DNA of 64,000 bases, taken from positions 53,779 through 117,778 of the IMG/VR virus record IMGVR_UViG_3300049595_001870; one strand, 5' to 3'. This DNA is from a virus. Below, in pieces: positions 63,801 to 64,000 of the stretch (within the stretch, counting starts at the first letter, position 1; each line of letters opens with the position of its first letter). The position numbers and the translations under genes were made by a program. The notes under the pieces are model-generated. The model had not been told where the DNA came from and did no database searches. It saw only the letters and a list, made by a program, of their open reading frames with translations.

Positions 63801-64000
63801 GCGGCGATCAGGGAGTGCCTGCCGCCGGGGAACGATGAGGACACAGAGGAGGTGGTCAATGCCTAACCCAAACGTCAGTCAGAGCCACTTCGCCAAGGCT
63901 GCTGCCGGCAAGGCGGCGACGTTTTGCGAAGAGGCCAAGAGCGAGGCAAGCCTAGCCGTTATTGCCCGCATGGTACTGGAGGAGTTCGACACGGCCCCCA
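60127..64000 (+). repeat. Copy 2 of long direct repeat; repeats the early ORFs of 974-4847
   Basis: Offset 59153; window ends at equivalent of 4847. Confidence 0.97.

Noticed and set aside
1-64000. Diversity-generating retroelement, retron, or recoded stop codons
   Set aside because: No reverse transcriptase motif or TR/VR pair seen, and genes translate fully with the standard code

Overview
The window holds one complete ~59.15-kb dsDNA tailed-phage genome (podovirus-like: no tape measure, several large putative internal/ejected proteins) plus ~4.8 kb of its own start again; 974-4847 recurs at +59153. Organisation: a rightward early operon of ~32 tightly coupled small ORFs (Gp88-like first, serine recombinase last); a leftward block with a phage sigma factor, a protease/membrane cluster (papain-like C1A, subtilisin S8), nucleases, DUF1376 replication initiator with iterons, SSB, ERF and RecE-like exonuclease; a lone rightward tyrosine recombinase; then a long leftward virion block (tail, portal, TerL, glycosyltransferase, MCP, scaffold, polyvalent-domain proteins). 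The most striking finding is a compact integron-type cassette array at 17.58-18.29 kb: three 90-bp attC sites with canonical R''/L''/L'/R' geometry, extrahelical bases and the reciprocal core-site complementarity left by IntI-type insertion. Its cassette genes are inverted relative to attC, and the antisense attC itself supplies an RBS, a start codon and a conserved leader peptide. Bases 1-870 are not a copy of the expected genome end but an allelic swap of the control module (divergent leftward gene, different first early gene), converging on a structured RNA whose differences between the two alleles all preserve base pairing. Host is undetermined; a PVC/Planctomycetota-like host is only an inference.
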